DNA from: Patescibacteria group bacterium
GTDB lineage: Bacteria; Patescibacteriota; Minisyncoccia; UBA6257; JAKLIH01
Length of the DNA: 59,784 nt
Assembly (NCBI GenBank): GCA_022709715.1
Contig: JAKLIH010000002.1
Span: 1 to 59,784 of the forward strand
Reading direction: 5' to 3'
Below, one piece after another: positions 39,366-56,676 of this stretch. A model generated the notes under the pieces. That model saw only the letters and a program-made list of their open reading frames with translations. It was not told the DNA's origin and did no database searches. The position numbers and the translations under genes are program-made. Positions within the stretch are counted from its first letter, which is position 1. Every line of letters begins with the position of its first letter.

Positions 39366-40571
39366 ATGAAAAATGCCTTTTTGTCTTTAGACATTGGAAG
39401 TAACAATATATATGCAGTTTTGTTTAAATACGAACAAAAGCCGCAAATATTATTTTCAATTAAACGACCATCCAATGGTATTAGAAAAGGTGATGTTCAA
39501 AATATTAATGAAGTGGTAAACAGTGTTAGTGATTTATTAGAAGAAATTGAGCAAGCAACAGCTACCAATGTTTCACAAATAGTTATTGGTATTGGTGGCA
39601 CAAAAATTAACATGAATAATAGTCGCGGTATTGCCTATATTTCTGGACGTAACAATACCGTTGATAAAGAAACAATTTTTAGAGCTCAAAATTCATCGAA
39701 GGCTTTATGCTTACCACCCGGAAGAGCCACACTCCATGCTATTCCACAAAAATATATAATTGACGGTAATGAATTTGATGTAGAACCTTTGAACATGACT
39801 GGCATGAGATTGGAAGTTGAAAGCGCAATTATTGATGTTGACCTAATGATGATGAATCACATCGCTCAATTAAGTGATAGTTTGGGTATTAGAATACCAA
39901 CTATTTTTGCTAGTCCACTATCGGGATGTTTTTCAACGTTAAATAAACGTGAGAAAGATTTAGGTGTTGTGGGAATTGATTTGGGAGCTAGCACAACAAC
40001 CATGACGGTTTTTGAAGAAGATAAATTAATATTTATGAAAGTGCTACCAATTGGTTGCGGAAAGATTAGTGATGATATTTGTTTGTTTTTACAAATACCG
40101 CATGATGATGGTGAAAAAATTAAAATTACAGTTGGCGAAGCTTATCCGGATAAAGTGCCAAATCAAGAAATTATTAAATTAAGTGATTTTTGTGCTAATG
40201 AAGAAAAAAGTTTTAAAAAGAAAGATTTAGCAACGGTAATTTCGGCACGACTTGAACAAATTTTTGATTTAGTTAACAAGGAACTTAAACAAATTAATAA
40301 ATATGCTAATTTGCCAGGTGGAGCTGTGCTTTATGGCGGAGGGGCAATGACAAAACATATTGTGGAATTAGCTAGAGATTGTTTAAAACTACCAGTAAGA
40401 ATTGCTCAGCCAGAATTTGGAGGATTTATTAGCGATGATCCAGGTTTTGCGGTCTCAATCGGTAATATTAAGTTTTTCTGCGAAGACAAAGATGATAATG
40501 AATTTAATAATGAAGGAAAAGGTGGTGGCTTAATTGCCAAGATTTTAAAGCGTTTTGATGTAAAATATTAA
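39366..40571 (+). CDS. ftsA: cell division protein FtsA
   Basis: Actin-like ATPase motifs (LDIGSNNIY.., GIDLGASTTT.., GGGA). Upstream of ftsZ. Confidence 0.85.
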   Translation: MKNAFLSLDIGSNNIYAVLFKYEQKPQILFSIKRPSNGIRKGDVQNINEVVNSVSDLLEEIEQATATNVSQIVIGIGGTKINMNNSRGIAYISGRNNTVDKETIFRAQNSSKALCLPPGRATLHAIPQKYIIDGNEFDVEPLNMTGMRLEVESAIIDVDLMMMNHIAQLSDSLGIRIPTIFASPLSGCFSTLNKREKDLGVVGIDLGASTTTMTVFEEDKLIFMKVLPIGCGKISDDICLFLQIPHDDGEKIKITVGEAYPDKVPNQEIIKLSDFCANEEKSFKKKDLATVISARLEQIFDLVNKELKQINKYANLPGGAVLYGGGAMTKHIVELARDCLKLPVRIAQPEFGGFISDDPGFAVSIGNIKFFCEDKDDNEFNNEGKGGGLIAKILKRFDVKY

Positions 40572-40595
40572 TAAACAATCTTTTAACAACTGATT

Positions 40596-41846
40596 ATGGT
40601 AAATACTAATATAGCTAGTGAAAATGATAACGAAGTTGTTCGCTCGTCGAATGTAACTAGCGCTAAACCTAAGGTAAAAATCAAGATTATTGGTATAGGT
40701 GGGGCTGGTGGTAATATTTTAACTCGTATGTATAAGAAAAAAGCTGACGGTGTTGATTTTGTGGCTGTTAATACTGACACTCAAGGTTTACATTTTACAA
40801 AAGCCGATGAAAAAATAAATATTGGTTTAAATATTACGCGTGGTTTAGGAGCTGGCATGGATCCAGAAATTGGAAGACAATCGGCTGAAGAAAGTTCAAA
40901 AGAAATTACCGATATGTTAGGCAAACCCGATTTAATTTTTATTGCATCTGGCTTAGGTGGTGGTACTGGCAGTGGAGCTGCACCAATTATTGCTAAGATC
41001 GCAAAAGAAACGGGCGCAATTGTTGTAGCGGTTGTGACTAAACCATTTTTCTTTGAAGGACCAAAGAGAATGGATATTGCTAATGAATCTTGAGAAAAAT
41101 TATATCAAAATGTTGATTCGATGATCACAATTAATAATGATCGAATATTTAATGTTATTGATAAAGATACTCCGATACTAGATGCTTTTAAACAAATTGA
41201 TGAAATTTTAAAACAGGGTGTGCAAGGTATTTCGGATTTAATAAATTATCCTGGTCTTATTAATTTGGACTTTGCTAATTTAAAAACTATTTTAAAAAAT
41301 TCGGGTGAATCGATTATTGGTATTGGTAGAGCGGTTGGAAAAGATCGAGCGGTTAAATCAGCGAAGATGGCAATTGAATCACCATTACTAGATTTATCAA
41401 TTAACGGGGCTTCACGTATTTTATTTAATATTAGTGGTGCGAACGATTTGTCATTATCGGAAATAACGGAAGCAGCTCGTATTATTACTGACAATGCGGC
41501 TAAAGATGCGAAGATAATTTTTGGAGCTTCTTATGACAATGAATTAAAAAACGGCGAAATTAAAATTACAGTTATTGCGGGTGGCTTTAATAACGATAAA
41601 GAAGCGGAAAAAATAGTAACCAATGATCAATTTATTTCTTTTTTCAAAAAAGATAGCGATGATTTTTATAATTTAAATCAAAAATCGGATGATGATGAAG
41701 AAATTGATAATCGACGTACAAAAATAGAAGTTAAAAAAGAAAATGAGGAAGAAATTGAAGAATTGGATGAAGAAAAAAATGAAATTAATGAAGATGACGA
41801 TACTGATATTCCACCATTTTTGAGAAAATTTAAAAAATTAAAATAG
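40596..41846 (+). CDS. ftsZ: cell division protein FtsZ
   Basis: GGAGGN, GLGAGMDP and GGGTGSGAAP tubulin signature. Joined by TGA at 41091. Acidic C-terminal linker and ..IPPFLRK tail. Confidence 0.95.
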
Positions 41847-42015
41847 TAATTTGTCAAGAATATAGATTTTTTGGTTTTTAGAAAAAATTGCTCAAAAACA
41901 CGTTAAAGTCAACCCTTTTAAGGGGTTGACTTTTTCTTTGGATTCTATATAATATTCTTACCATTTTAACTAAGGTGGAAAAGGTCAAAATTTTAAAAAA
42001 ATTTAAGAAAGCATT

Positions 42016-45000
42016 ATGCCTAAAAATAAAAAAATAGCCAGAAAGGTAACAAAAAAAATTGTTGCCAAGAAAAATGTCAAAAAAGTTGATAAAAAAGAAA
42101 CTGAAGAAACAAAAAGTTTGAACAATCACATCAGAAATATAAAAACTCGAGACGGTTTGATAAATAAATTTGATATTCAGAAAATTCGTAATGCTATTTT
42201 TAAGGCCTTTACCACAACTGACGAAGGAAATGAAAATATAATTGGTAAAGTTTTAGAAAAAACACTTTTTATATTAAATAAAAGATTTAATAAAGATGAA
42301 AATCCAAGTGTTGAAAATATTCAAGACATTGTGGAGGAAAGTTTAATGTTACTTAATTGTACGGAAACAGCTAAAAATTATATTTTGTATCGTGAACAAC
42401 GTCGTCGAGTTCGAGAAAGCAAATTAGCAACAGATGAAGCGGTGGATATTATTGATGAATATTTACAAGAACTTGATTGAGAAGTAAAAGAAAATAGTAA
42501 TACAACTTATTCACTACAAAGTATGAATAATTATGTAGCTAACTATGTTTCAAAAAAATATTGATTAAATAAAATTTATCCAGGTGAAATTAGAAAAGCT
42601 AGTCGCGAAAATTTCTTTCACATTCATGATTTAGGAACAATCGGCGCTTATTGTTGCGGATGGGATTTATATGATTTACTTAAAAAAGGTTTTGGTGGTG
42701 TGCCAAGTAAAATTCAATCAAAACCAGCAAAACATTTTCGAACCGCTCTAGGCCAAATTGTAAATTATTTTTATACTTTGCAAGGCGAAGTGGCTGGAGC
42801 CCAAGCTTTTTCAAACTTTGATACTTATTTAGCTCCATTTATTAGATACGATCGTTTAAATGAAAGTGAAATTAAACAAGCATTACAAGAATTTATTTTT
42901 AATTGTAATGTTCCAACTAGAGTGGGGTTTCAATGTTTATCACAAGATACAGAAATTTTAACCAATGAAGGTTGAAAGAACTATGAAGAAGTAAATGAAG
43001 GCGATACAATTAAAACTTTTAATTTAGATAAACAAATAATTGAAGAAAAGAAAATATCCTATATTTTTAGAAAAAAATATACCGGCGAAATGTATAATTT
43101 GAAAAACCGAATACAAGATCAATTAATTTCACCAAAACATAGAGTGGTGAGAAAATTATTTAATTCTAATAAATATGTTTTAGAGCCAATTGAAGATGTT
43201 TTGAAGCTAAAATCGCCTGTAATTATCCCGGTTTCAGCCAAAAATGTGTTAAAAGATGCTAAAATTAGTGATGAGCAAATTAAATTAATGGCTTGGATTA
43301 TTAGCGAGGGCACAATAGAAAGATCAACAAAATATCGTTCAGCTTTTAGAGTTTCTATTTATCAATCTAAGGTCAAAAACCCTAAAAATTATGATGAAAT
43401 TAAAAATTTGTTGAAAAAATTTAAATTAAATTATTCTACTTATGCATCTTCATCGTTGGGAGACGAAGTAGAGCGTTTTAGATTGGACGCTAGTAGTTCT
43501 AAAACAATTCATGGTTGGTTTGGAACAAAAGATAATGTTCATTTTATTCCGGATATTTTACTTAATATGAGTGAAAGACAATCAAGATTATTTATTGAAA
43601 CTTATTTAAAGGGCGATGGATTTGAAGATTGTAAAATTACAGTAACGGACATCGAATTATTGGATGCAATGCAAATTATATGTGTTAATGCTGGTTATGG
43701 TTTTACTGTTTTGAAACGTAAACCAACAATTGGAACTAAAGACATATTTGTCCTGAGATTAATCAAACATCAAGAATCCTATATTAATAAAATTGAAAAA
43801 ATAAAATATAGTGGGGTTATTTGATCGGTACATACTGATAATGAAACTGTAATCGCTAGAAGAAAGGGAAAAGTATTTATTACCGGTAATACTCCATTTA
43901 CAAATATTACTTGCGATCTTAAATGTCCAACTCATTTAAAAGAGATGCCAGCGATAATTGGTGGTGAATTACAAAAAGAAAAGTATGGTGAATTTCAAAT
44001 GGAGATGGATGTTTTAAATCGAATTTTATGTCAGGTTTACACCGAAGGTGATGCTTCCGGACGAGTTTTTACTTTTCCAATTCCAACTTACAATATAACT
44101 AAAGATTTTGAATGAGATAATCCTAATTTCGATGGAATTTGGCAAATGACAGCTAAATATGGTATTCCTTATTTCTCGAATTTTATTAATTCGGATATGT
44201 CGCCAGAAGATGCTAGATCGATGTGTATTGATAAAGACGAGGATATAATGATTAAAAAAGATGATACCATACAAAAATGTAAGATAGGCGAACTAATAAA
44301 TAATTTAAATATTCAATTTGATAAAGACGGTTGAGCTGATAACAATAATAATATTGAAGCTCTATCTTTTAACCCCAATAATTATAAAATTGAATGATCA
44401 AAAATAACAAGTTTTTTGAAGAAAGAAAAGGATATTGTTTATGAAATTAAAAATTCCGATGGTAAAACTATTAAAGTATCGGGTGACCATTTGGTGGCAG
44501 TATATGACAGAGAAGGCATTGATTATAAAAAGGCTAAAGATTTAACATTAAATGATTTATTGTTAACGACCCGAAAAGCGGATATGGTTTTAAATGAAAA
44601 TGATACTGCTTTTGGCGGATATAAATTGGATAATGACCTAGCTTTCTTTTTGGGAATTTTTATGGCGGATGGTGTTTATATACGCGATTCACGAAAACAA
44701 TTTTCGTCTTTTGGAAAGCCCAAGGGGATACAAATATCTTTTAATAAAAATCATACTCAATTAATAGAAAAGGTTTCGAATATTATTGAAAATAAATTTG
44801 ATAAAAAGTTAAAGATTGTTGTTGATAGTAGGTTTGATAATACAGTTAATGGTATTTTTAATAGTCGAGAAATTTGTGAGAAACTTGAAAATAGTGGTTT
44901 ATATAAATACCATAAAGTTCCTAATATATTATTTAATTCTAAAAAAGAAATTATCGAATCGTTTTTGAATGGTTTTTTTGCTGGCGATGGCTATGCCAAA

Positions 45001-46425
45001 GGACAGGAAATACATATAAATGATCAAGAGTTAGCCAAAGAATTAGTTTGATTATATACTTTGATAGGTGTTCCGGTTACTTATAATGAAAGGCAAAATA
45101 GTCAAGTTATTAGGATTCAACATATTGATGGTCGTTCATTAATAGATCATTCAGTTGTAAACGATATATTATATAATCGAGTTCCTAATTATATAGTACA
45201 AAAATCAAAAAATCAACCTTTTTATAATAATACTAGCTTAGTTTGTAAAACTTCAATTGAAAAACACGAAGCTTTTACCGATGAAGCCTGAAAAGTTTTG
45301 ACAAGTGATATGGCTATTGTAAAAGTGAAAGAAATAAATATTTTAAATAAACAAAAAAATACATTTTATGATATTGAGCTAGAAAGAAACCATTATTTTG
45401 TGCATTCAATGGGACAAATTACTCATAATTGTTGCAGGCTTCGTCTGGATAATCGAGAACTTTATAAACGTGGAGGTGGACTTTTTGGAGCTAATCCAAA
45501 AACTGGTAGTTTAGGTGTGGTTACTTTAAATTTGCCGAGAATTGCCTATGTTTCAAAAACTAAAACTGATTTTTTCAAAAATTTAAGAAAATATATGGAT
45601 TTGGCCAAAGATTCATTAGAAATTAAAAGAAAAACGGTTGAAAATCTAACTGAAAAAGGTCTGTATCCTTATAGTCGTTATTATTTACAAGATGTCAAAA
45701 CTATGCGAGGGTCGTATTGAGCTAATCATTTTTCAACAATTGGTCTGGTCGGGGGTCACGAAATGGCTGTAAATTTTATTGGTGAAGGCATTGATACTAA
45801 AACTGGTCAAAAATTTATTTTGGAAGTTTTAGATTTTATGAGAAATGTTTTAGTTGAATATCAAAAAGATGGTGGACTGTATAACTTAGAAGCCACTCCG
45901 GCGGAGGGCACTAGCTATCGTTTAGCTAGAATTGATAAAAAAGATTTTTCGGATATTTTTACATCAGGAACACCAGAAACTCCTTATTATACCAATTCAA
46001 CTCAAATGCCAGTAAATTATTCAGATGATTTGTTTGAAGTTTTAGATAATCAAGATAATTTTCAAACTAAATATACGGGCGGAACAGTTTTGCATGGGTT
46101 TATCGGCGAAGAAATAATGGATTATCGTTCTATTAAATCACTATTAAAAACGGTTTTTTCTGATTATCGTTTGCCATATTTAACAATTACGCCAACTTTT
46201 AGTGTTTGTCCAGTGCATGGCTATATTGCGGGAGAACATCATATTTGTCCAAAATGTGTAGTGGAACAAAAATGTGAAGTTTATTCTCGAGTTGTTGGTT
46301 ATATCCGTCCGATATCAAATTGACACGATGGTAAAAAACAAGAATTCAAAGATCGCATTACCTTTAATTATAAAAAGGGAATTAATGCTATTATCAAGCC
46401 GAATGTTTTATCAAAAAAGAAATAA
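42016..46425 (+). CDS. nrdD: anaerobic ribonucleoside-triphosphate reductase (class III) with ATP-cone, interrupted by two inteins
   Basis: Eight same-frame track pieces (all in frame 1) joined by TGA. ATP-cone N-terminus, ..FHIHDL..YCCGW.., ..RSM[intein]CCRLRLD.., C-terminal glycyl-radical region ..SRVVGYIRPI.. Confidence 0.85.
42934..43890 (+). mobile_element. NrdD intein 1 (319 aa) with LAGLIDADG endonuclease domain
   Basis: Starts CLSQDTEI (block A) and ends ..VFITGN followed by Thr. Removing it restores RVGFQ|TPFTNIT. Motifs LMAWIISEGT and IETYLKGDGF. Confidence 0.8.
44224..45429 (+). mobile_element. NrdD intein 2 (402 aa) with LAGLIDADG endonuclease domain
   Basis: Starts CIDKDEDI and ends ..GQITHN followed by Cys. 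Removing it restores ..ARSM|CCRLRLD. Motifs FFLGIFMADG and FLNGFFAGDG. Confidence 0.8.
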
Positions 46426-46440
46426 TATTATAAAATCAAT

Positions 46441-47139
46441 ATGTTAATCGGTGGTATTCAAAAAATGACATTAATTGATTATCCATCTAAAGTTGCAGCC
46501 ATTATCTTTACGGTTGGCTGCAATTTTCGATGTCGTTTTTGTTATAATGTTAAATTGGTGGATGAATCGTTGTTCAAAGAAATTGAAACGATTGATGAAA
46601 AAGAAATAATCGAATTTTTAAAAACTAGAATTGGTAAATTAGAAGCCATAGTTATAACGGGAGGAGAACCAACTATGCAGTCAGATTTGAAGGCCTTTAT
46701 TTTGAAAATTAAAAAGATGGGCTTTTTAGTTAAATTGGATACTAATGGCACAAACCCAGATGTAATCAGCGATTTGCTAAATAGAAAAATAATTGATTAT
46801 ATTGCTATGGATATTAAAAATGAATTAACCGAAAGCGATTATACAAAAATTGTTAACAGAGTTATTGATATGGAAAATATTAAAAAAAGCATTGATATAA
46901 TTATGAAAAGTGGAATTGATTATGAATTTCGTACAACGGTGGCACCAGGCGTAAGTAGAGAAAATATAAAAAACATTGTAAAAACTATTAAAGGCGCCAA
47001 AAAATATTATTTGCAAGAATTTCAAGCTGGCGATGTACTAGATAATCAATGCAAAAAAGATAAATGATTGTCTAAAGAAGAGCTGGATGAAATAGCCGAA
47101 GAAATTAAAAACAGTTTTGGTGAATGTAAAGCTAGATAA
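46441..47139 (+). CDS. nrdG: anaerobic ribonucleotide reductase activating protein (radical SAM)
   Basis: CNFRCRFC radical-SAM cluster motif. Follows nrdD. TGA at 47065 is read through to TAA 47137. Confidence 0.85.
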
Positions 47140-47141
47140 TT

Positions 47142-48614
47142 ATGAAAAACTTACTAGCCATGTATTTATTTAGAACTTTTACAATTAGTTTACTGGGTTT
47201 ATATATAGGAAGTCAAATAGATAATACTTTAATAAAATATTTATTATTAATTTTAATTTTGTTTTTGATTGTTTATTATTATAAATATTTAAAATTAATA
47301 ATAAAACCAGTTTGATTGTTTATCTTAACGGTATTATTAGCATGAGGAGTGGTAAAAGGGATACTTTTGATTAATCAATCGAAAAAAATATGTTTAAATC
47401 GTGAAAATCAACCCTATCAAATTTTAGTAATTCGAGATACAATTTTACAAAATGATATTAATATTACTTTAGGCAAAATTCAAAACCACTGTTTAAAAAA
47501 CGAATTAATCTTGATTCGTTCCGGAATTGATGAAGAGTTTAAAATTAATGATGTTTTGTCAACGATGTCAATTCCAAAAGACAATAGTAATAAATCCAAT
47601 CCATTTGACATGCTTTTCTTTGGTAGAGTTAATTATCAATTAAACTTTGTAACGATTGAGAAACTGTATAAAGTAAACAAAATATCTTTGTCGGTTATAA
47701 TTTCAAATATTAGAGATAAAATTGATCAAAATATAAAATCGACAGTGGGTTTGAAAAATTATAATTTAGTGTCAATGTGACTATTGGGAAAATCCAAAAT
47801 TAACGATCAAGAATTAAATAATTTATTTAAAAATTTAGGAATTAGTCATATTTTAGTAGTATCAGGTACCCATCTTTCGATATTATTTAATGTAGTTAGT
47901 TGGTTTTTAGTGATAATATCACCTAGTTATGGAATATATTTAATTTTAGTTACATTGTTTCTAGTATTTTTTCTGTTTTTAGCTGGATTTTCTAGTTCAA
48001 TTTTAAGAGCTACGGTATTTTGAATGTTAATAATGTTAGGAAAAATCAATGGTAAAATTATAAATTATACTAATGTTTTATTATTAATTTTACTAATAGT
48101 TTTTATGATTAATCCATTAGTGGTTGTTTATGATTTGGGCTTTCATTTAAGTTTTTTATCAATTGTGGCTTTAATTTATATATTGCCAATTATTCAAGCA
48201 TATTTTAAATGCAATAATAAAAACCTTGATTTAGTATTTAATATTTTTAGTGCGACCATAGCAATTATGGTTTTGTTAATGCCGTATTTGATGTATTGAT
48301 TTTCAGAGTTTAATCTTTTAAGTATAATTTTTAATATTATTTTAATTCCGTTGTCGGGATTGATTTTGAGCGTGGCTTTGTTAACTGCCATTTTGAGTTT
48401 TTTACAAGGTTGAGTCGCTCAATTTTTAGGTTGATTAGTTTATTGATTGGTAAATATTTTTTTATTGATATTAAATTGATTGGAAAATGTCAGTTTAAAT
48501 GTAAATGTATTTTTCTTTGATTCAATAGTTTTAGTGATTATTTATTATGCGGTTTTGCTAATACTAGTTATTGATTTTTATAAAAAGAATAAAAGCTTAA
48601 CTATTAATATTTAA
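47142..48614 (+). CDS. comEC: ComEC/Rec2 DNA-uptake channel, membrane domain only
   Basis: Same-frame pieces joined by many TGA codons. ..LGISHILVVSGTHLSILF.. competence-domain motif. Polytopic. Confidence 0.75.
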
Positions 48615-48639
48615 AAAATAATTATTATAAATATTTTTT

Positions 48640-49452
48640 ATGGAAACTAGCTTGATAAAAAAATGATTGATTGTTTTGTTAGTTTTAATCAATGCCTATA
48701 TATGACATTTGATTGGTGAATATTATTTTTTCAAATCAAAAATAGTTTTTTTGAATGTTTATGAAGGGGATAGTTCATTAATTATCAATCGAGCTGGTAA
48801 TTTTTTGATCGATGCCGGCAAAAAAAATTATTTGATTAAGCCATTATCGTCAGTTTTACCTTTTTTTGATAAAACTATCGATGTTGTGTTTATTTCTCAT
48901 GCGGATTTAGACCATTTTGAAGGATTAAATTATATTTTAGATAATTACAAAGTGCGATTAATGGTGCTAAGTGATTTTAATAATAATACGGAAAGTTATC
49001 AAAAATTATTGAAAAAAATTGCAGATAAAAATATTCAAATTGCGATTGGTAAAACCGATTTAAAAGTAAACGCTTTAGATTTAAAAATAAAAATGATTTA
49101 CCCAGCTCTTAGCAATTGATCTTTAACTAAAACTAATGAAAAATCGCAAATTTTGTTAGTAAACACTTTACAAAAAGATTGATTATTTACCGGAGACATT
49201 ACTAGTAAAATTTTAAACAAAATGGTAGCCGATTGAGATATAAAAGACATTGACGTTTTAAAAGTGCCTCATCATGGTGGCAAAAACACAATCGACGATC
49301 AAATTTTAAATAAAATTAACCCTAAACAAGCTATTATTTCGGTGGGCGAAAATTATTATGGCCATCCTAACATTGATATTATTAATTTACTAGACAGATG
49401 ACAGGTTGAAATATTGAGAACCGATTTACTAGGAAATATCACTATAAAATAG
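48640..49452 (+). CDS. metallo-beta-lactamase domain protein (ComEC C-terminal domain as a separate ORF)
   Basis: Own TM helix. ..VVFISHADLDHFEG.. (HxHxDH-like) and ..LKVPHHG.. Confidence 0.7.
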
Positions 49453-49548
49453 GTTTGAATTTCGTGGTTTTTAAAAATAAAGTAAAGTGGTTCTTGCTTA
49501 TTATGAGAAATTTTGATAAAATAGTATTATAAAAGTAAGATTAATTTT

Positions 49549-50613
<1,065 letters not shown>

Positions 50614-50624
50614 TTTTAAATAGT

Positions 50625-55290
<4,666 letters not shown>

Positions 55291-55296
55291 GATATT

Positions 55297-55365
55297 AAAT
55301 AGAAGAGCAAATAGTAAATAGTAAATAGTAATTGGTAATACAAATCAAAATCAATAACGCAAATC
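55297..55365 (+). repeat. heptamer array (GTAA then TCAAA words) abutting the gyrB stop
   Basis: aatagta aatagta aatagta attggta ... aaatcaa aatcaat .. Confidence 0.75.
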
Positions 55366-55398
55366 AAAAATGACCCGGCTTTTGGCTAGGTCATTTTT
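55366..55398. terminator. bidirectional terminator hairpin
   Basis: aaaaatgacc-N13-ggtcattttt. Overlaps the TAG stop of the minus-strand gene. Confidence 0.65.
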
Positions 55399-56117
55399 AT
55401 TCTGTGCTGTTTACAAAACTCTATAATGAGTTTTAATTTTTCGCAATCAATTTCCATTTCTTTTCCATTTTGGAAAGTGATTGTATTGTTTTCAATAATG
55501 TACGTGGAACGTTGTATTGGTTGTTGATTGTTGAGATGTTGCTCGGCGTCTTTTATTAAATTATGGAATGTTTCAGGGGACATCGGTGTGTGTTTAATTT
55601 CGATTATTACTATTTCTTTATTACGACGAATTCGTATATCAATTTCTGGGTTAATTGCATTGTATTCTGATTTTTCTTGCTGTGCAGTTGATTTGATTAT
55701 TCGTTCTTTCTTTGGTGTTGGATTTGTATCTTGTGACTTGACCAATGGTTTTTCTAGTTGTTTTTTTCGTGGTCTGCCACGTTTTTTGGGAACTAATTTT
55801 ATTTCTGGTTCTGGGGTTTGCGGTGGTTTTACTTCCAATTTTTGAGCTGCAGATGTTTCTGCAATTTGAATGCCTTCATTTAACAATAATTCGATTGATG
55901 CTATTTTTTTATCAGAAATAGTTATATCGTATTCGCATGCTAATATGTGGGTTGTTTTCCAATTATTCAAGTTTTCTTGATTTATAGGAATTATTGTTTG
56001 TTCATCAGGATTTTTGCAAGGATTATACACAATTATTGTCAATTTTTCAGGACCAAAAACTGCAACGAAATCGGTAGTATTAGATCTACCAACTATATCA
56101 CTAGACAGCATTTCCAC
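55386..56117 (-). CDS. AT-hook-containing two-domain protein, unknown function
   Basis: The only intact minus-strand gene in the window. 243 aa with a Pro/Lys-rich linker carrying KKRGRPRKK. No TGA. GC-richer than surroundings. Own promoter and terminator. Confidence 0.55.
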   Translation of the reverse strand: MEMLSSDIVGRSNTTDFVAVFGPEKLTIIVYNPCKNPDEQTIIPINQENLNNWKTTHILACEYDITISDKKIASIELLLNEGIQIAETSAAQKLEVKPPQTPEPEIKLVPKKRGRPRKKQLEKPLVKSQDTNPTPKKERIIKSTAQQEKSEYNAINPEIDIRIRRNKEIVIIEIKHTPMSPETFHNLIKDAEQHLNNQQPIQRSTYIIENNTITFQNGKEMEIDCEKLKLIIEFCKQHRIKMT

Positions 56118-56154
56118 TTTCTTCCTTTCTTTTTAAATGTGCTTGTTTAGTATA

Positions 56155-56183
56155 AGATTACATAATTTTTTATTGAATGTCAA
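56155..56183 (-). promoter_or_regulatory. cassette promoter TTGACA-N17-TAATCT (minus strand)
   Basis: The reverse complement reads ttgacattcaataaaaaattatgtaatct. Confidence 0.45.
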
Positions 56184-56225
56184 GTTGTAATAAACACTAT
56201 ATTTTGTTGTTTTTTGGATAAAATT

Positions 56226-56342
56226 ATGGTAAAATAATGAAATAAGGTAATATAATAGTAAGACAATAAAAAGAGTAATTGGTAAATGGTAATTAGTAAT
56301 ATGAAGAGTAAGAATAAAAAACAATGGTAAGACAATTGTAAA
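56226..56342 (+). repeat. heptamer (GTAA-word) array
   Basis: Contains 56268..56300, a 33-nt exact copy of 2846..2878. Same orientation as the array at 55297. Confidence 0.8.
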
Positions 56343-56362
56343 AAATAACTTAAAATATAAAA

Positions 56363-56650
56363 ATGATTGATGTAAATGAAATAGATCATTTGTTAGAGCT
56401 TTCAAGATTAGAAATTTCTAACGAAGAAAAAAATAATTTACAAGCCGATTTAGACAAGATTTTAAAATACATTGAAAAATTGTCGATTGTTGATACTGAA
56501 AATGTTGAGCCCATGACGGGGGGAACTTTTAATGTTAATGAATATAGAAAAGATACGTTTGAAAGTCGAGAATTTGATAGGAATAAAATTTTAGAAGCCA
56601 TTCCTAAGAAAGATAATGATTTTTTTGAAGTGCCAAAGATTTTTGGCTAA
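56363..56650 (+). CDS. gatC: Asp/Glu-tRNA amidotransferase subunit C
   Basis: 95 aa. ..LSRLEISNEEK..L..DL..IL.Y...L...DT..VEPM.. is the GatC pattern. Confidence 0.8.
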   Translation: MIDVNEIDHLLELSRLEISNEEKNNLQADLDKILKYIEKLSIVDTENVEPMTGGTFNVNEYRKDTFESREFDRNKILEAIPKKDNDFFEVPKIFG

Positions 56651-56676
56651 AATAAAAGATTTTAAAATAGATAATA

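Noticed and set aside
41847-42015. NrdR box or cobalamin riboswitch upstream of nrdD
   Set aside because: I found no convincing NrdR-box palindrome pair or B12-box. The region contains only a terminator-like hairpin (41906..41935) and an AT-rich promoter-like stretch.
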